Origin: Octopus vulgaris
Taxonomy: Eukaryota
Assembly: GCA_951406725.2 (NCBI GenBank)
Contig: OX597827.1
Span: forward strand, 58,280,001-58,344,000
Length of the DNA stretch: 64,000 bases
Direction of reading: 5' to 3'
The translations under genes were made by a program, and so were the position numbers. Within the stretch, counting starts at the first letter, position 1, and every line of letters begins with the position of its first letter. Positions 1-13,590 of this stretch are shown piece after piece. The notes beneath the pieces are model-generated. The model was not told where the DNA came from, made no database searches, and saw only the letters and a list, made by a program, of their open reading frames with translations.

Positions 1-119
1 TGTTTTTTTAACGGTCACTGATAAAGACAATTGTGAACTCATGGCTAAGCCTCATTACTGTTGTTATAGGTCATACCCCTATTTTTTTGTGGTTGTTTTG
101 TGCACAGAATGTCAATTTC

Positions 120-570
120 CCCCATCATGTTATCTACTAGGACACTGGTACTTCCTCCAACTTCAGTTTTACTCTAACCTCTGACTGAACCTCATCTAAT
201 AAGCTTACCATCCTGTTGGAATAAATGGGATCAGCATTCAGATTACTTTGTCAAATGTAATGCTTGTTTGTTTGCGTTGTTTTGAATTGACCATGCACTA
301 TCTCACAGCTTTGAGGTTTCAATGGTGTGATTGTTGTTTATTTTTAAAATGGCATTGTAGGGTAGGTGTGAGAGGCCAGATCTGGCTGGTCTGAAGATAA
401 AACAGGTTGAATATTTTGGCCAGATACAGGCAGAATTCTTTACATAGGACTACCACTCAGCCACTTGGGGATTGATTATATCTACAAGGAATCTGCTTGA
501 CAGATGACAAATAAACTGACTGCAATATCGTCTTTGTGAACTTTGCGAAGACTACACGTGTGTTATCCTA
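120..570 (+). mobile_element. Highly decayed CR1/L2-type LINE reverse transcriptase fragment, interrupted by a MITE remnant at ~231-430
   Basis: Short translations SSNFSFTLTS (cf. PSNYRPISLTS) and NIVFVNFAKT (cf. VIFLDFAKAFD) in the expected order. Confidence 0.35.
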
Positions 571-1007
571 TTGTAACATTCATTCCCTTGTCTTTATTCA
601 TTCAATGTGACATAATCCTTGTTCTGTTTCTGAATGTGATGGCTCTCTTTCAGTTATCAGTTATAAAGATCATTCTTTATTTCGTTACAATGGCTACTGT
701 CTTCATCTACTAAGCTTGCCAAATTTTAAGAGTATTCCATTCTGCCTATCACCTCGTATTCATAGCTTTTAACTGCTGGTAGCATGATAATACTGCTGAT
801 ATCACTCTAGAGTTTTTGATAGCCATTTCTCCTCTCTTGTTAACTTTGGTTTTGGAGGTTTGGCTTTCTCTAGTTCTAGTCTCACTTTCCATCTCAACTT
901 CTTTAACCTGTATCTTAGGCATTTTCAAAACTACCTTCTCAATAGTGAAGTTAAGACCTTCACTTAGCATTGATTTCTTGGCTATAATTGACACTTATTG
1001 ATACTGA

Positions 1008-1385
1008 TCGTGGAGGCGCAATGGCCCAGTGGTTAGGGCAGCGGACTCGCGGTCATAGGATCGCGGTTTCGATTACCAGACTGAGCGTTTGTGAGTGTTT
1101 ATTGAGCGAAAACACCTAAAGCTCCACGAGGCTCCAGCAGGGGATGGTGGTGATCCCTGCTGTACTCTTTCACCACAACTTTCTCTCACTCTTACTTCCT
1201 GTTTCTGTTGTACTTGTATTTCAAAGGGCCGGCCTTGTCACGCTGAATATCCCTGAGAACTACGTTATGGGTACACGTGTCCGTGGAGTGCTCAGCCACT
1301 TATACGTTAATTTCACGAGCAGGCTGTTCCGTTGATTCGGCTCAACAGGAACCCTCGTCGTCGTAACCGACGGAGTGCTTCCTCC
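1008..1385 (+). mobile_element. Young tRNA(Arg-like)-derived SINE, head type 1, tail type X
   Basis: A box TGGCCCAGTGG, B-box-like GGTTTCGATT, intact CpGs, perfect 12-bp TSD tattgatactga at 996-1007 and 1386-1397. Confidence 0.9.
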
Positions 1386-2016
1386 TATTGATACTGACGA
1401 TGGCATTCATTGGTGGATGGTAATCCTTGTTGTATCTTATTCCTATGATCTTTCTCCCTTACTAGCTTCTATTGTTGGCATGCCCTGATCTAATCAGATT
1501 CCTGTTGGTGTGACTTATATAGATATTGTTAGATTCTTTTCATATCCAAGACTAATATTTGGTCAAAGAATGATCTTAGTCTGTTGAGATCACCATGTAC
1601 ATAGATTTTGTGTGTGAGCACAAAAGGTTAAAGTCATGTTCATACTATTGTTTTAACACTGTTAAACTGAAAGTAAATAAGACAATATATCACACAGGCT
1701 GAAATCGCCATCAAGAGCATTTTGTAACCTCTGAAGAAAATGGGCCTGTCTCTGTATACCAAAACAAACTAGTCCTAGTCTGCCACTCATGTTCTCTCAA
1801 ATTTACTAAATTGAATTTTCGTTATGGTTATTACATTTGCGATTACACAAGTGGAATTGTTGTGAAGGAAAAAATTTGCTTTTTATGACAATCAATATTG
1901 TGGTGTATTTATAACTATCATTAAAAAGTTCATTATGCTGAAAATAAAGCCTGTGTGAAAGAACATTACTGTAGAAATTAGGAGAGGTTATTTCTGTGAG
2001 AGAAAGTGGTACCAGT

Positions 2017-2216
2017 TTAATCCATTTAGCATTCAGATTATTCTGTCAAATGTAAAGCTTATTTATTCACATTGTTTTGAGTTAATCATAACTTCAAGAT
2101 TTCAATGATGTGATTTTTAGAATGGCATTGTTGGGTAAGTGTGAGAGGCTGGATCTTGCCAGGTTAAACATACAATATGTAGAATATTTGGGCTGATTTA
2201 AATGCTAAAAGATTAA
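2017..2216 (+). mobile_element. piggyBac-like MITE family A
   Basis: TTAA flanks, degenerate ccctttagcatt/aatgctaaaggg TIRs, internal sequence shared with other copies. Confidence 0.8.
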
Positions 2217-2329
2217 GTAGTTATAGTGCAGAGTATGGATTGACTTTATTTAGATGTTAAAAATAAAAATAAAAAAAAGCTGAACTTTACAGTGCATTGG
2301 TTGCTAAAACTAAATAATGCCACTGATGT

Positions 2330-2552
2330 TTAACCCTTCAGCATTCAGATTACTCTGTCAAATGTAAAGCTTGATTCATTCACATTGCATGGAATTAATA
2401 TGCATTATCTCATAGTCTCAAGATTTCAATGATGTGATTGTTTAATTTTAGAATGACACTATAGGTTATGTGTGCCAGGTCTGGCTGGTTTGAACATAGA
2501 ATAGGTAGGATATTTGAGCTGGCTATGGTCAGTTTAAATGCTAAAGAGTTAA
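2330..2552 (+). mobile_element. piggyBac-like MITE family A
   Basis: ttaacccttcagcatt ... aatgctaaagagttaa. Confidence 0.85.
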
Positions 2553-5500
2553 TAATGCTTGTACCTCACATACCAATGAACCAGGAAGATGGGCAATTTA
2601 GTGTGGACCACCATAGTGAAAGAATTAGCTATTGATCAAGTATTTGTGAAAAAGTTAAGACTATGACTAACTTGAAAAAGATGTTCCTAGAATTAGTGCT
2701 GATGTAAAGCCAGTAGAATTTAAAATTTTGCTGGCTTGAAATCTTTTAAAACTGATTTGAGTATTCACAGTTTTGTGAGGTGTGGTGAAATTGCCAGAAA
2801 AATGTTGTGCCAAGTTCTTTTTACTTGCAAAGAAAGAAAAAAAAAAAGGTTAATTTCTGTTTTCAACAGGTTTTTTTTTAATTGTAGTCTGTGTGTGTTA
2901 CAGTTATTGTCATTTTCTTTTGGCTTTTGCATAAGACTAGTTTTATGAAGAGTTCTTGTTCCTGTTGGTAGACCCCCTTACTTTTGCTATATTTTGCTCT
3001 AGTTAATGCTGGTTCTTACTCATGAGATTTATCTTTAGGGTAAATAAATATTTGTACTTCTTACTGAAATCACCCTCCAAGGTGTGTTTAGACCTCACTT
3101 TTCTTGTGACTAGTGTTAAAATGGGTATAGGTTTACAAAATATTACATCAGATTTCAGAATCTCTTTTCCATAAACTAAGCAAAGTTACTATCTTATTTC
3201 TGTGACCAAATTTTAATTCAATGTGTAACTCTTGTGTTTTGTTTATGCTGCTTCCATTTTTCATCTTTAGATTCTTATTTAATATAGAAAGAAATTGTTA
3301 TTAATAAAGAATGACTGTTACATGTTTGTGTGTGAGTTATGTATGGTTATATGTATTGTAGTCCTATGTCATCTGTATAGTATTGACATATGCATACAGA
3401 CTTAAAATTAATAATATCAAAGGAAAAACAAATTAAAATTTCTGTTAGATTTCTCTTCAATTTTAATCTTGTGTTTCTGATTAAGAAAACTGTTAATTTA
3501 AATCCAAATTAGATTTGGTTTATGTATTCACTAATTAATTGAAGCCAGTCATCTATTTTTAGCAAATGTTTTGTATATGAAACAATGCAATGGAAATATT
3601 GTTGAAAATGTTTGGCAGAAAGCAAGCACAGCCATTTATTCTTTGCCAGATATTTCTTCTATAGCTGTCTCATTTGGAATATAAGCCATTGGCTGTTGTT
3701 CCACACCCATATGCAAAACCAAATTACATGCTGTCACAGCTAATAGCATGTCAAGCTAGCTTTACTGTATAATTCTCTCAACCACTTTAACGAACTGGCT
3801 CTGTAAGCTTGAAACTCACCCATCCCATAATTTCCCCCATGTACAACATTGCTTTGTCATAATTAACAATGGGAGCTCACACATTAGTTTTGGGAAGCTG
3901 TATTAATACAATTTAGCTCGCTAATTGACACTTACCTATTCGCCACAACATCCAAAAGCTGTAGTAAGTTACCTGTGTCCTCCCCTCCTCTTGATTCTTT
4001 TGGTGGCTTCCTAATTGTTTCTTTATTCATCACCTCCATAAACATTACAGTCGATTTTCAAATAAGATTTTCTGCTGCTATTTTGAACTCCCTGTTTTCT
4101 AAATATTGTTATAACATGCTATTTCCATTTTGTAAGCATAAATTGTTCCTAAATTGGAAAATATTGGGTTCAAATCCTATTGTAGTCATTCGATTGTATC
4201 TTTGTGCAAGACATTGTGCTGTTTGCTGCAGTGTCTCACCAGTAAGTAGGTATCAGTTACATTTTTACCAAAGGTAATAATATTCAGTAATAGGGTATGA
4301 GCTTTAAAAACATGCAAATGTCCTAATTTGTAGGACCCATTCATAATGTTTAAAAAAAAAAGAAGAAAAATAGGGCAGGTTGCTAATGTGTTGGTTATTT
4401 GATTGTTGTGTTTGATAACTATTGATTCAATTGAAACTGCTTTTATTTCAATGCTAAAGGAATTCTTAATAGGAGATGAAAAGAATATTGATTGTGGCTG
4501 CACGTTTTCTGGAGTTACTGGTTTTTGCCAATAGAAAGGCAGCAGCAGGGAGTTATTTTGAATGATATGCAAGTGTTTATTCAACAATTACTTGTCAAAT
4601 TTAGGCAACTCTACTTTCTTGCTCTTTTCGGTACGTGACATAGATCTTTTGTGTTGTCTGTTAGTTACACTAGAATCTGTAACTTAATTATCTTCAGGTG
4701 ACTGTGTATGATTAAAGAGAAAAGTGAATTAAAGAAGGAAAAAAAAGAGCATAAAACAAAATATAACCATTGTCTGCTAAAGGTGGATTCAGTGAAAACA
4801 GTGACTAGTGATTCAACTTCGTCTCTGATAGTCAACTCTGATCATTTGCTTCTTGTAGTGAATAAAATTAGCCAGTTAAATCCTGCAGTGTACATTTAGT
4901 TATTGATCCAAAGCTACAGCACACCAGATATCATCTGTTTCTGAATATCTATTATTTCAATATGCTCTATGTACTTTATGGTTTGTTGACAGGATTTGAT
5001 GCAAACAATGTGAACCAGACATGATGTTTATTGAATTTAAGCTAAAGCTTCATATTTCTAAGTTAAAATCACAAGTTTGTTTTTGCTTCTCATTTTTCTT
5101 GGTTCAGTCGCATTTGTGTATTAGTGCCATATTCCATTGACCAAGATAAAATGTTATTGATTTTTGACATCCAAATCCTAAGTTCAATACTCTTTGAACA
5201 GAACTCAAACAGAATTTTTTTTAGCCATCTAACTGCTGAATGTATGTCAATTATAAAACCTGCCTCACAAGGCAAACTACTGAACTCTCATCTAGAAACT
5301 AGAATTCACAAGAGATGGAAGTAAGGTCATGTAGACATTTGGTGGTGGAAAGGATCTGTTTCTAAGTGAATATAAATTTATGGTAGATGACACTTAAGTA
5401 TATTAGATTTATGTAGGCCATTGAAGAATTAAAGTCAGACAAAGTTGGCCTGAGTAGGCAGGAATTCAGAGGAAATAGAAGTAGGAAAAAAAAAAAAAAA

Positions 5501-6053
5501 AAATACAACTTCAAAATGCAAATAGGTCAGCTCATTCAGTCTGTACCCATGTAGAAAAATGTGCATGTAATTGTTAGTGATATCCAAGCTTTGAATTGTT
5601 TGTTGGTTTGTTACTAACATTAATTTTTAACCAGCATATTAAGTATATGCTTATATGGAGACTACTAAGGAGATAGTAATTACATGATTCTTGACAAAAG
5701 TGGCTCTAATTCCAAAAGCAAAGCTAGAAATTCTGTCTACCAATTAATTATAGCCACTAGAAATGCAACAGAGTGCTAATAATTTTTAGTTAACCCCAGC
5801 CGGAGTGCTATAATCTAACAAACCACTTAGCACTGAGAGCAGTATGTTTATTTTTCATTGGATAGACGGAAACTTGAGAAGTTAATTTTCTGGCTCAGTG
5901 ATACAATGTAGCACCAGTAATAGAATAAAAATCAGCAAGTTTGATCATGGGTTCAGTACCATGACTCATTAATTGTAACTTCTAAAATAGAAAAAGTTTT
6001 AGCATAAAATTAACTTGCCTTTTACATGTATGATAAATTGATACATTTGTTTT

Positions 6054-6249
6054 AAGACAGCGAGCTAGCAGAGTCCTTAGCATGCCGGATGATAATGCTT
6101 AATGGCATTTCATCCATCTTTTAAATTCTACAAAGGTTGGCTTTGCCTTTCATCTTTTCAGGGTCAATAAAATAAGTACCAGATGAGTACTGGGGCTCAA
6201 TGTAATCAACTTACTCCTTCCCCCAAACTGCTGGCTTTGTGCCATAGAT
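6054..6249 (+). mobile_element. tRNA-derived SINE family D (ggcggcgagctggcagaa head)
   Basis: Matches copies at 43190 and 46282, including tttgcctttcatc...ataaaataagtaccag. Confidence 0.75.
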
Positions 6250-6422
6250 TGTTGTTGTTAAACAACAAGACAGATAAGGGTGATAGGTGATGGTCTAGGG
6301 CTTAGGGGCGTCTTTGGTCGTCTTGTTGTAGTCGAGGGCTCTTCGTTGATGCCCAACACCACAGGGAGGTGGCCCTTGGAGTCGCTGGAAATGGAAATCT
6401 CCAGGTCCAAATTTTGGACGGC
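6250..6422 (-). mobile_element. Short 5'-truncated retroposed insert with (CAA)n tail
   Basis: 12-bp TSD tgtgccatagat at 6238-6249 and 6423-6434. GC/CpG-rich relative to flanks. Minus strand ends ttaacaacaaca. Confidence 0.7.
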
Positions 6423-6899
6423 TGTGCCATAGATGTGTTCCTTGGTGGGAGCTAGTCAACTTTTATACTGCAATTATCACAGTGAAAAATATTAAGGGAA
6501 TTTGAACACATCCATCTCGACTTCCTTAATTAGAACATGTTAGAGATTTTTACTTTGTCTTGAAAATATTTTGCAATCAATGGAGCCCTGTGTAGCCTTC
6601 CAGCTTACTAGCTCCAATGACACTGTCTTACCCATGCTATCATGGAAAACAGACACTAAATGATGATGATGATGAATGTTTTGTAAAATGATGTTTTCTG
6701 AAAGACTAACCACTCACCATTGATTCCATGCCTGAGTTTTATATCAGGACTTGTAGCTCAGTAAAAAGTTGAATGTGATGCTTTTTTTCTGGATATATAA
6801 TGCCATGCAAGAGATTGCCTGCATCTGATTTGTGTCAAACTGGCTGTCTGGTTGCTAACCAGTGCTTTGTGATTTATTATTATTTTGCTGTCAGTCGTT

Positions 6900-7090
6900 G
6901 CGACTATAACTATTTGTGGCTTTGACATGGCTTGATATGCTTTCTCCATACTGGTTGGTTTTTCATCTGAATTTGCCATTTATTATGATCAGTTCCTTTA
7001 CATTTCATGTTCCATTTTTGCAGTATCTTTCAATCTCAGTCTAGGTCTTGCATAGTTTCTTTTCCCCCTTGTACAGTTGTGATTTATTAG
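6900..7090 (-). mobile_element. Decayed RTE-type LINE C-terminal fragment
   Basis: Minus-strand RGKRNYARPRLR resembles the RTE G.R..GRP..R motif. Confidence 0.4.
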
Positions 7091-7140
7091 CTATTATAAG
7101 GACAACCAACTGTAAATGTTCTTGCAATTTATGCGAACAT

Positions 7141-7370
7141 TTAATCCTTCAGCATTCAGATTACTCTGCTAAATGTAATGCTTATATATTCACATTGTTT
7201 TGATTTAATCATGCATTAACTCGTAGCTTCATGATTTCACCGATGTGATTGTTTATTTTTAGAATGGGGGGTGAGTGGGCAAGTGTGAGAGGTCAGATCT
7301 CGCTAGTTTTAACATAAAACAGGTAGACTATTTTGGCCAGATATAGCCGGTTTAATTGCTAAAGGGATAA
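7141..7370 (+). mobile_element. piggyBac-like MITE family A
   Basis: ttaatccttcagcatt ... gctaaagggataa with family-specific interior. Confidence 0.85.
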
Positions 7371-10300
7371 AAGTTTAGAATCATTCCATTCAGGACATTG
7401 CAGAACAAAAATCAACTTAAAGTGATGTAAATAGAATAACATGTTCATTCTAACTGTAACAGAATTGTTTCAATATTATTTTTAACTACCTTTTTACCTT
7501 GTTTAAAATGAAAGACAATCAAAATTGGGCATAATCTCACTTCAGTTTGGTTGTTTTCACAGTTTTGCAAATAATAACTTATAAAACTTGTCTAAATTCA
7601 ATTGATATTTCTTTATGCAAAACATACAGAAGTGGTGTTTATTTTTATATAAGTGGCTTAGTAACTAATTGAAACTGTTCATTCTAACTATTAAGCTGTT
7701 CTCTTTGATAGCTTAGCTGTAAAGCACATGCTACAGTTTCAAATTCATGTATCAAATTAGAATATTTAGTTCTATTATCGGCATAGTGAAGCCATTAATG
7801 ACAAAATAAACATATTTATCCTGTTTCTTCTGAATTACTCCACAATTACATAGTCCTTTAACTACCAATTAGAGTAAAAATAAGTTTTGTTTTCAGTTTT
7901 GATCTATTTTGCTCTGTGTATGTGTGCCTACATATATACATACACACACACATACATATATATATATATATGTTTTTAATCTATGGAAGAATAGTTTAGT
8001 ACTCATAGTTTATGAAGATCTGGCTAGATAGGAAAATGGGAAGTTTGAAAAGTTCATTTGGTGAATATTTGAGCAGAAGGCATCAAAGGACAGTAATTGG
8101 CAGAGACAACATGGGTGATTTAGGGATGGACTTGTTCTGACTAATGCAACTGTCTAGGAAGAGACAGTGTGGAGAGGTTGGATGGTAAGGTGCAGCGAAC
8201 AGTTTGATTAGTGGTGAAGTAAAAATAGCAAAAGATCTTTGTAATGATAGCAGAACAAACAACAAAAAAAAGAAGAAAAAAGAGCAAAAGAAAAAAAAAA
8301 GCTTATTACATTTAACCTTGTTTACAATTTAAAATAATTGTGTCTAAAGTATTTTATTTATTTTGTTATTATTCTCAGTCTTTTAAAGTCCACTAAAGAA
8401 AATGTCAGGCAAATTTGTTTGATCTATTGTGTTGTATTGTAGAGAAAATTAATTGTTATTCATGTGAAGTGGACTGAGTGGGAATAAGTAATACTTGGTT
8501 CTTACTATTGACAAACAATTATTAATTTATGAGAGCCTCATTATGACCTACAGACTGGCTCATTATTGATTGAAGAAGCCATTGAGGTTGTTTTCTCAGC
8601 AGTCTGAGAAATGTTTATAGCTTAAGATTTGGAGTAGCTGTGATGTTTGTGTAAGAATTTGTTGCATATGAAAGGTCTCTGGTTGAATGTGCTTTATGAA
8701 AATCAAGGCGGCTGATAATTCGTAATGATGTATTTGCTTGGGTGGGAATGAGAATAACAAGATGTTAGTTGAATGTTGTGGATTATATAACAGAATGTTA
8801 AAGTTGACTTGTGTTGCAAGATCATGTTATGACTACAGAGGCTTAATGCAAAGGAGCTTGGAGGTTTGTTACAAATCTTGTCTCATATACGTTTATGGAC
8901 TGCAGGTGTAGTTGTGCAGATGTCTTCACTTTTGGTGTTACATAACTGTCTACTCAGCCATAGATATGAATGGTTGCTTATTGTAACAGTTTGACTGAAT
9001 TGTTTTTCATTTTCATCTACATACACACACACACATTTAGATGTACCAATATGCAAAAGAGTAGTACTCTTTACATTGTTTATTTTATATCATATTTTAT
9101 GAATGTTAGTATCAATGATCACTAAACACAAAGGATGTACTTTTGAGCTATTGCAAAGACAGGGCAAAGTTTTTGTTAAAATAAATTTTAATTATATAAT
9201 GAGCTTGCTAATACCAACTAAAGATAATTGTCTCAGGTGGAAAATTGTACCATTCAAAATGGATTTTAATAGTTTTGTCTTGACTTCTCTCAGTGGCATC
9301 AGAGGGCACTGAAAAAATATCACTTTCCCACTACTTATTGATGAGTGCCATAGGCAAGTTTCCACCCTTTGACAATACTTGTGTGAAATTTTCAGCAGCT
9401 ACAGAGTAAATCATTGACTATAGATGATTGTATGTGTCTTTTCCTGTTTTCTGTGATATAAAATGCGTGCACACACACACACAGAGGCTTGGCTATGTAA
9501 TTAAGGAAGTTCACTTCTCAGCTACATGGTATTTGGTACCTCGGCCATGTGTTGTCCCAGACCAGCAATGCTTTGTGAGTGAATTTGGTTCATAGAATCT
9601 GTATAAAATCCTTTGTGTGTGAATGTTTATGTTCTACTTCTCATAGCAGTGATCTACATAGGGTGAAGTTTTATCATTTCCTGGCTTTAAATCATCTGCT
9701 AGCTCCATGCTTTCAAAGACATGCAGAACAAGAGAAAAGAATCCATCACACTCTTCAGAAGACTGCTAGGGATTAGGAACAAGAAGGGCTTCCAGCTGTA
9801 AACAATGCTTCAGTAATCAGCTATTCTAGCATGAGAAAACAGATGTCAAATGAATGAAGAAGTGTGTGTAAATGTTTACATTCTGTACACTTTGCACGAA
9901 AAACTGCTGAGCTGCAAGCAGTGAAGTCTGTTGTCATTTCCCCATCAAGACAGCTTCTGCTGGTTCTCTGATCTCTTAGACATGTTGAAGGTCGAGTGGG
10001 GATGGATAATAGTTAGCAACGGGAAGAGCATCCAGCATTGAAATAATAAATCAGTAATGCATGTTTGTTTAAGCCACGTTAGCAGAGAGAAAAAGCAGTG
10101 TAAAATGAATGAAAGCCATCAAATATGTGTGTGTGTGTAAATGTATATGTATGTAGATATGTACATGTATGTATGTACATGTATGAATGCACGTGACACA
10201 GACGCACACACTGGGCACCCACATGGTGTTTATTGACCAAATTCTACTCACAAAGCTTTGGTCAGCCTTTCCATTGTTCCATGCAGTGGAGTTGAGCCTG

Positions 10301-10627
10301 AAACAGTGTGGCTGGAAAGTAAACTTCTTATCCACACAGTTTGCACCCATGCTGTAGAGTTTAATTATTTATTCTAAGCTGATAATTCACTCTCATATAC
10401 TATTCAGCCTCTCACAATATGTTAACCTTCACATAGCACAGAGATGAAGCTTTCTTTAATCTGAAATATTAGAGAAACTCTTAAGTAGCAATGAATGAAT
10501 CATTAGTTTTATATATATGTATATATATATATACGGTAAACTTACTTGGAAATGGGTACATGGTGTTCAGTCATATATATAGATATATATGCATATATAT
10601 ATACATATATATATGTGTGTATGTGTG

Positions 10628-10628
<1 letters not shown>

Positions 10629-10677
<49 letters not shown>
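10629..10677. repeat. (TA)n microsatellite within a longer TA/TG-rich tract starting ~10511
   Basis: Directly visible. Confidence 0.95.
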
Positions 10678-10679
<2 letters not shown>

Positions 10680-10850
10680 GTACAGGACATCACAAAATGT
10701 AAACAACAGGAAATACGAAGTCAAATTTTGGTATGTGAACAATGGGGGAGACAAATGGAAAACAAGACAAGTAACATAAAAAAAACTACCCCTCATCAGT
10801 TGTCGGTTGTCCATCTTGCTCCTTATTTTGAGCATTATAGGTAATGCAGA
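10678..10850 (-). mobile_element. Repeat fragment abutting (TA)n, possibly Penelope-type
   Basis: Minus strand ends ...ccc then (AT)n like the 39371 element, and carries CTGATGA without a matching GAAA. Confidence 0.35.
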
Positions 10851-10877
10851 TATCTTCCCTGTGTGTCTAGGTCGAGT

Positions 10878-11108
10878 TTAACCCTTTAGCTTTCAGACTG
10901 GCCATATCAGGCCCAAATATTCTTATTGTTTAATGTTAAAACTGACCAAATCAGGCCTCTCACACCTACTATGTAATGTTATTTAAAAAAAATAAGCAAT
11001 CACATCATTTGAAATCTGAAAGCTATAAGATAATGTATGATAAATTTAAAACAATGTGAATAAACACACCTTACATTTGACAGAGTAATCTGAATGCTAA
11101 ATGGTTAA
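10878..11108 (-). mobile_element. piggyBac-like MITE family A (reverse orientation)
   Basis: ttaaccctttagc ... gctaaatggttaa. Confidence 0.85.
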
Positions 11109-11174
11109 TATTTTGATTTCGTTCTGTTAAATGGTTGCCGATGAATCTGATAACTGTGTACTACCTCTTCACAT

Positions 11175-11565
11175 CATCATCTTCATTTTAATGTCCACTT
11201 TTCCATGTTTGCATGAGTAAGACAGAATTCTATTGAGGCAGATTTTTCTACTACCAGATGTCCTCCCTGTTGCCAACCCTTACCCGTTTCTTCCCCGTAG
11301 CCAGACAATGTTTTCATGGAATATTGGAAGTAAGTCACATTCATTCACAACAATCACGTGATATCAAGACAAGGAGACACAAACATACATATATATGTAT
11401 ATGTTGGGTTTCTTATAGTTTCCATCTACTAAATGCACTCACAAGGATTTTATCAGCCTTGGGCCTAAGTAGAAGATACTTGCCCAAATTGCTACACAGT
11501 GAGACTGAACTCAGAACCATGTAGTTAGAATGTAACCTCTTACCACACATCCACACTGGCACCTC
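11175..11565 (-). mobile_element. SINE family C head with RTE-like (ATG)n tail, decayed
   Basis: catcatcat...aatgtccacttttccatg tail and gatacttgcccaa...cttaccacac head on the minus strand. Confidence 0.7.
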
Positions 11566-12447
11566 TTATAGTATAAAAAGCATTGTATTGTATAGCATAT
11601 TTGTTGTGGTTACTATTAGAGAAGATTGGAACCTGCTTAGTACTGAAATAATTTACAGTGAATCTGATGTATTGGTAAACTAGTGTCACATTCTTTTTAT
11701 TTTTGTCCAAATGCAAGTAGTTCTTGGTTTGCATTTATTTGGAGTTTTTTGTTGTTGTTATTGTTGTTCTTTGTTTATTAGATATTTGTTCTTTTGTGTG
11801 TAAATGACATGAACCTGGGGCATGTTGGTGACATTGTATAGAATATCTGATAAGAGGTGTTTACTTGTAATATGGAGTGGGTTTGTTTGGTGCAAACAGT
11901 TAATCTGTCCTTGTGGAACCTGAATGCTAATTTGTATGAAACTGCAGTTATGACATAAGAGGATATCATTGTGGTTGTCAACTTAGGAAGTGTTGCTTAA
12001 TCATGGTTACAGTGACATCATGCATTTTGATGTTGAAATAAATATGTGGGTGGTAAGGTTTTCTTTCTTTTTTTTTAAAAGAGAAACACTGGCTTATGGG
12101 AGTTTTTGTTATTAAATAATATCATAGTGAGGCCTTCTATTCCAAAGAGAGAACCAGTTGGACAGATATTATTTGTGCAACCCTTTTATAAAAACACTTA
12201 GGCATAGTCATGCAACGTTTGCAACAATCCATGTGTGGTGCTATTTTGAAGATATTGTGAACTTGTTAACTGTGGAATATGTAACAGAGGCTTCAACTGT
12301 TCCACAGATGATGCCTATTATATCAATAAAACAGCAACTCATTTGAGAAATGTTCAAGTCACTACAGTCTACTTGGTTCTGAGTTGTCAATGGTTTCTAT
12401 TACAACTAATAATAATATTGTTAATAAGCAATTCAAACCAGTTCAAG

Positions 12448-12451
<4 letters not shown>

Positions 12452-12507
<56 letters not shown>
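12452..12507. repeat. (CT)n microsatellite
   Basis: Directly visible; explains the spurious ERER/SLSL ORFs. Confidence 0.95.
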
Positions 12508-12512
<5 letters not shown>

Positions 12513-13590
12513 CCTCCAAACACACACACATATACATGCACGTGTGCACACACATATATGTAATAAAGGAGGAGGATGTAACTTTACAAAGAGCATATTC
12601 ATCACTAAAATAGTGTTCTGAGATACTCATTTTACATACCTCAAGTTAAAGAATGAGAAAACCATAGCTTGTTACATAAAATACTAGCCATTAAGAAAAG
12701 GAAAGGGAGTTTCTTTGGTATAAAGAAAAAGACAATTTTTTTTATTACAAAAGAAATTTAGGTTTGATTTATTCTGGTTTTAAGTGCCATAAAAATGTTA
12801 CTGTGACTTTTGTTTTGCATTTTGTTTCATACTTAAATCTCCATTGTAGCCAAGCTTCTTGGAGAGATTCTTTGACTTACACAATGTAGTAGTTAAATAT
12901 CTTCCAACAAACGACCTGTCTTAATCTTTAGATAACAATGAGTCTGCTCAGCTAACATCTACTGAAGCCGTCCAACAGTTAGAAATATTGCATTTGCATG
13001 CTTGTTTTCTGGATGCAAAATATTAACTTGATTTGTTCTTTTTAGTATTTTTGTATCTTTTGTGGCTGTGTGCATATTGTCTTTGTCATTATCATCACTT
13101 TTTTATGTCTTCTTCCCATGCTGACATAGTTGGATGGTTTATCACAGTCTAAACCTGTTCTTGTAAAAAGTCACTCTTAGGACTGAGTTTCTAGCTCCAC
13201 ACAGACCAAGTTTCTATGGCTGGATGTCATTCTTAATGCCAACTACCTTACACCTTAAAGGGTGTATTTGAGTGCATTTTACAATGGTACCAGCATAAAG
13301 AATCCTCTTGACCCATTCATTTGGCAGCCACTTTATAGAGAGTTGTGGGTACAATTTGCCATTGTGCCAGCTCTAGAGTGGTCTACCTTGTCTCCTTGGC
13401 AGTCTGAGTCCTTTCTTAGCATTTTTTTCTTTTGTCCAAGGCGATGTCAAAATTCCCAAAAGTTACTCAGTGCGTTCCCTGCCCACTGGATGCTTTGAAA
13501 TTTTATTCATTATTTGTCTTGTTTATGTCTTTCTTAGCTACATTCTAATATCTATAGATTTTTAAGCAACACTGTATATTGACAGATGTA

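Noticed and set aside
600-1000. Possible minus-strand LINE remnant
   Set aside because: No diagnostic motif readable by eye
1011-1085. Functional tRNA gene (also 15598-15672)
   Set aside because: No proper acceptor stem or terminator; it continues into a repeated body with a TSD, so it is a SINE head
4708-4899. Lys-rich ORF after a cag acceptor as a possible exon
   Set aside because: In-frame stop just after the acceptor, no good donor, no recognisable homology
8560-8960. Possible L2/CR1 3' remnant
   Set aside because: Too degenerate to support
10491-12630. YIYI, ERER and SLSL ORFs
   Set aside because: Translations of microsatellites
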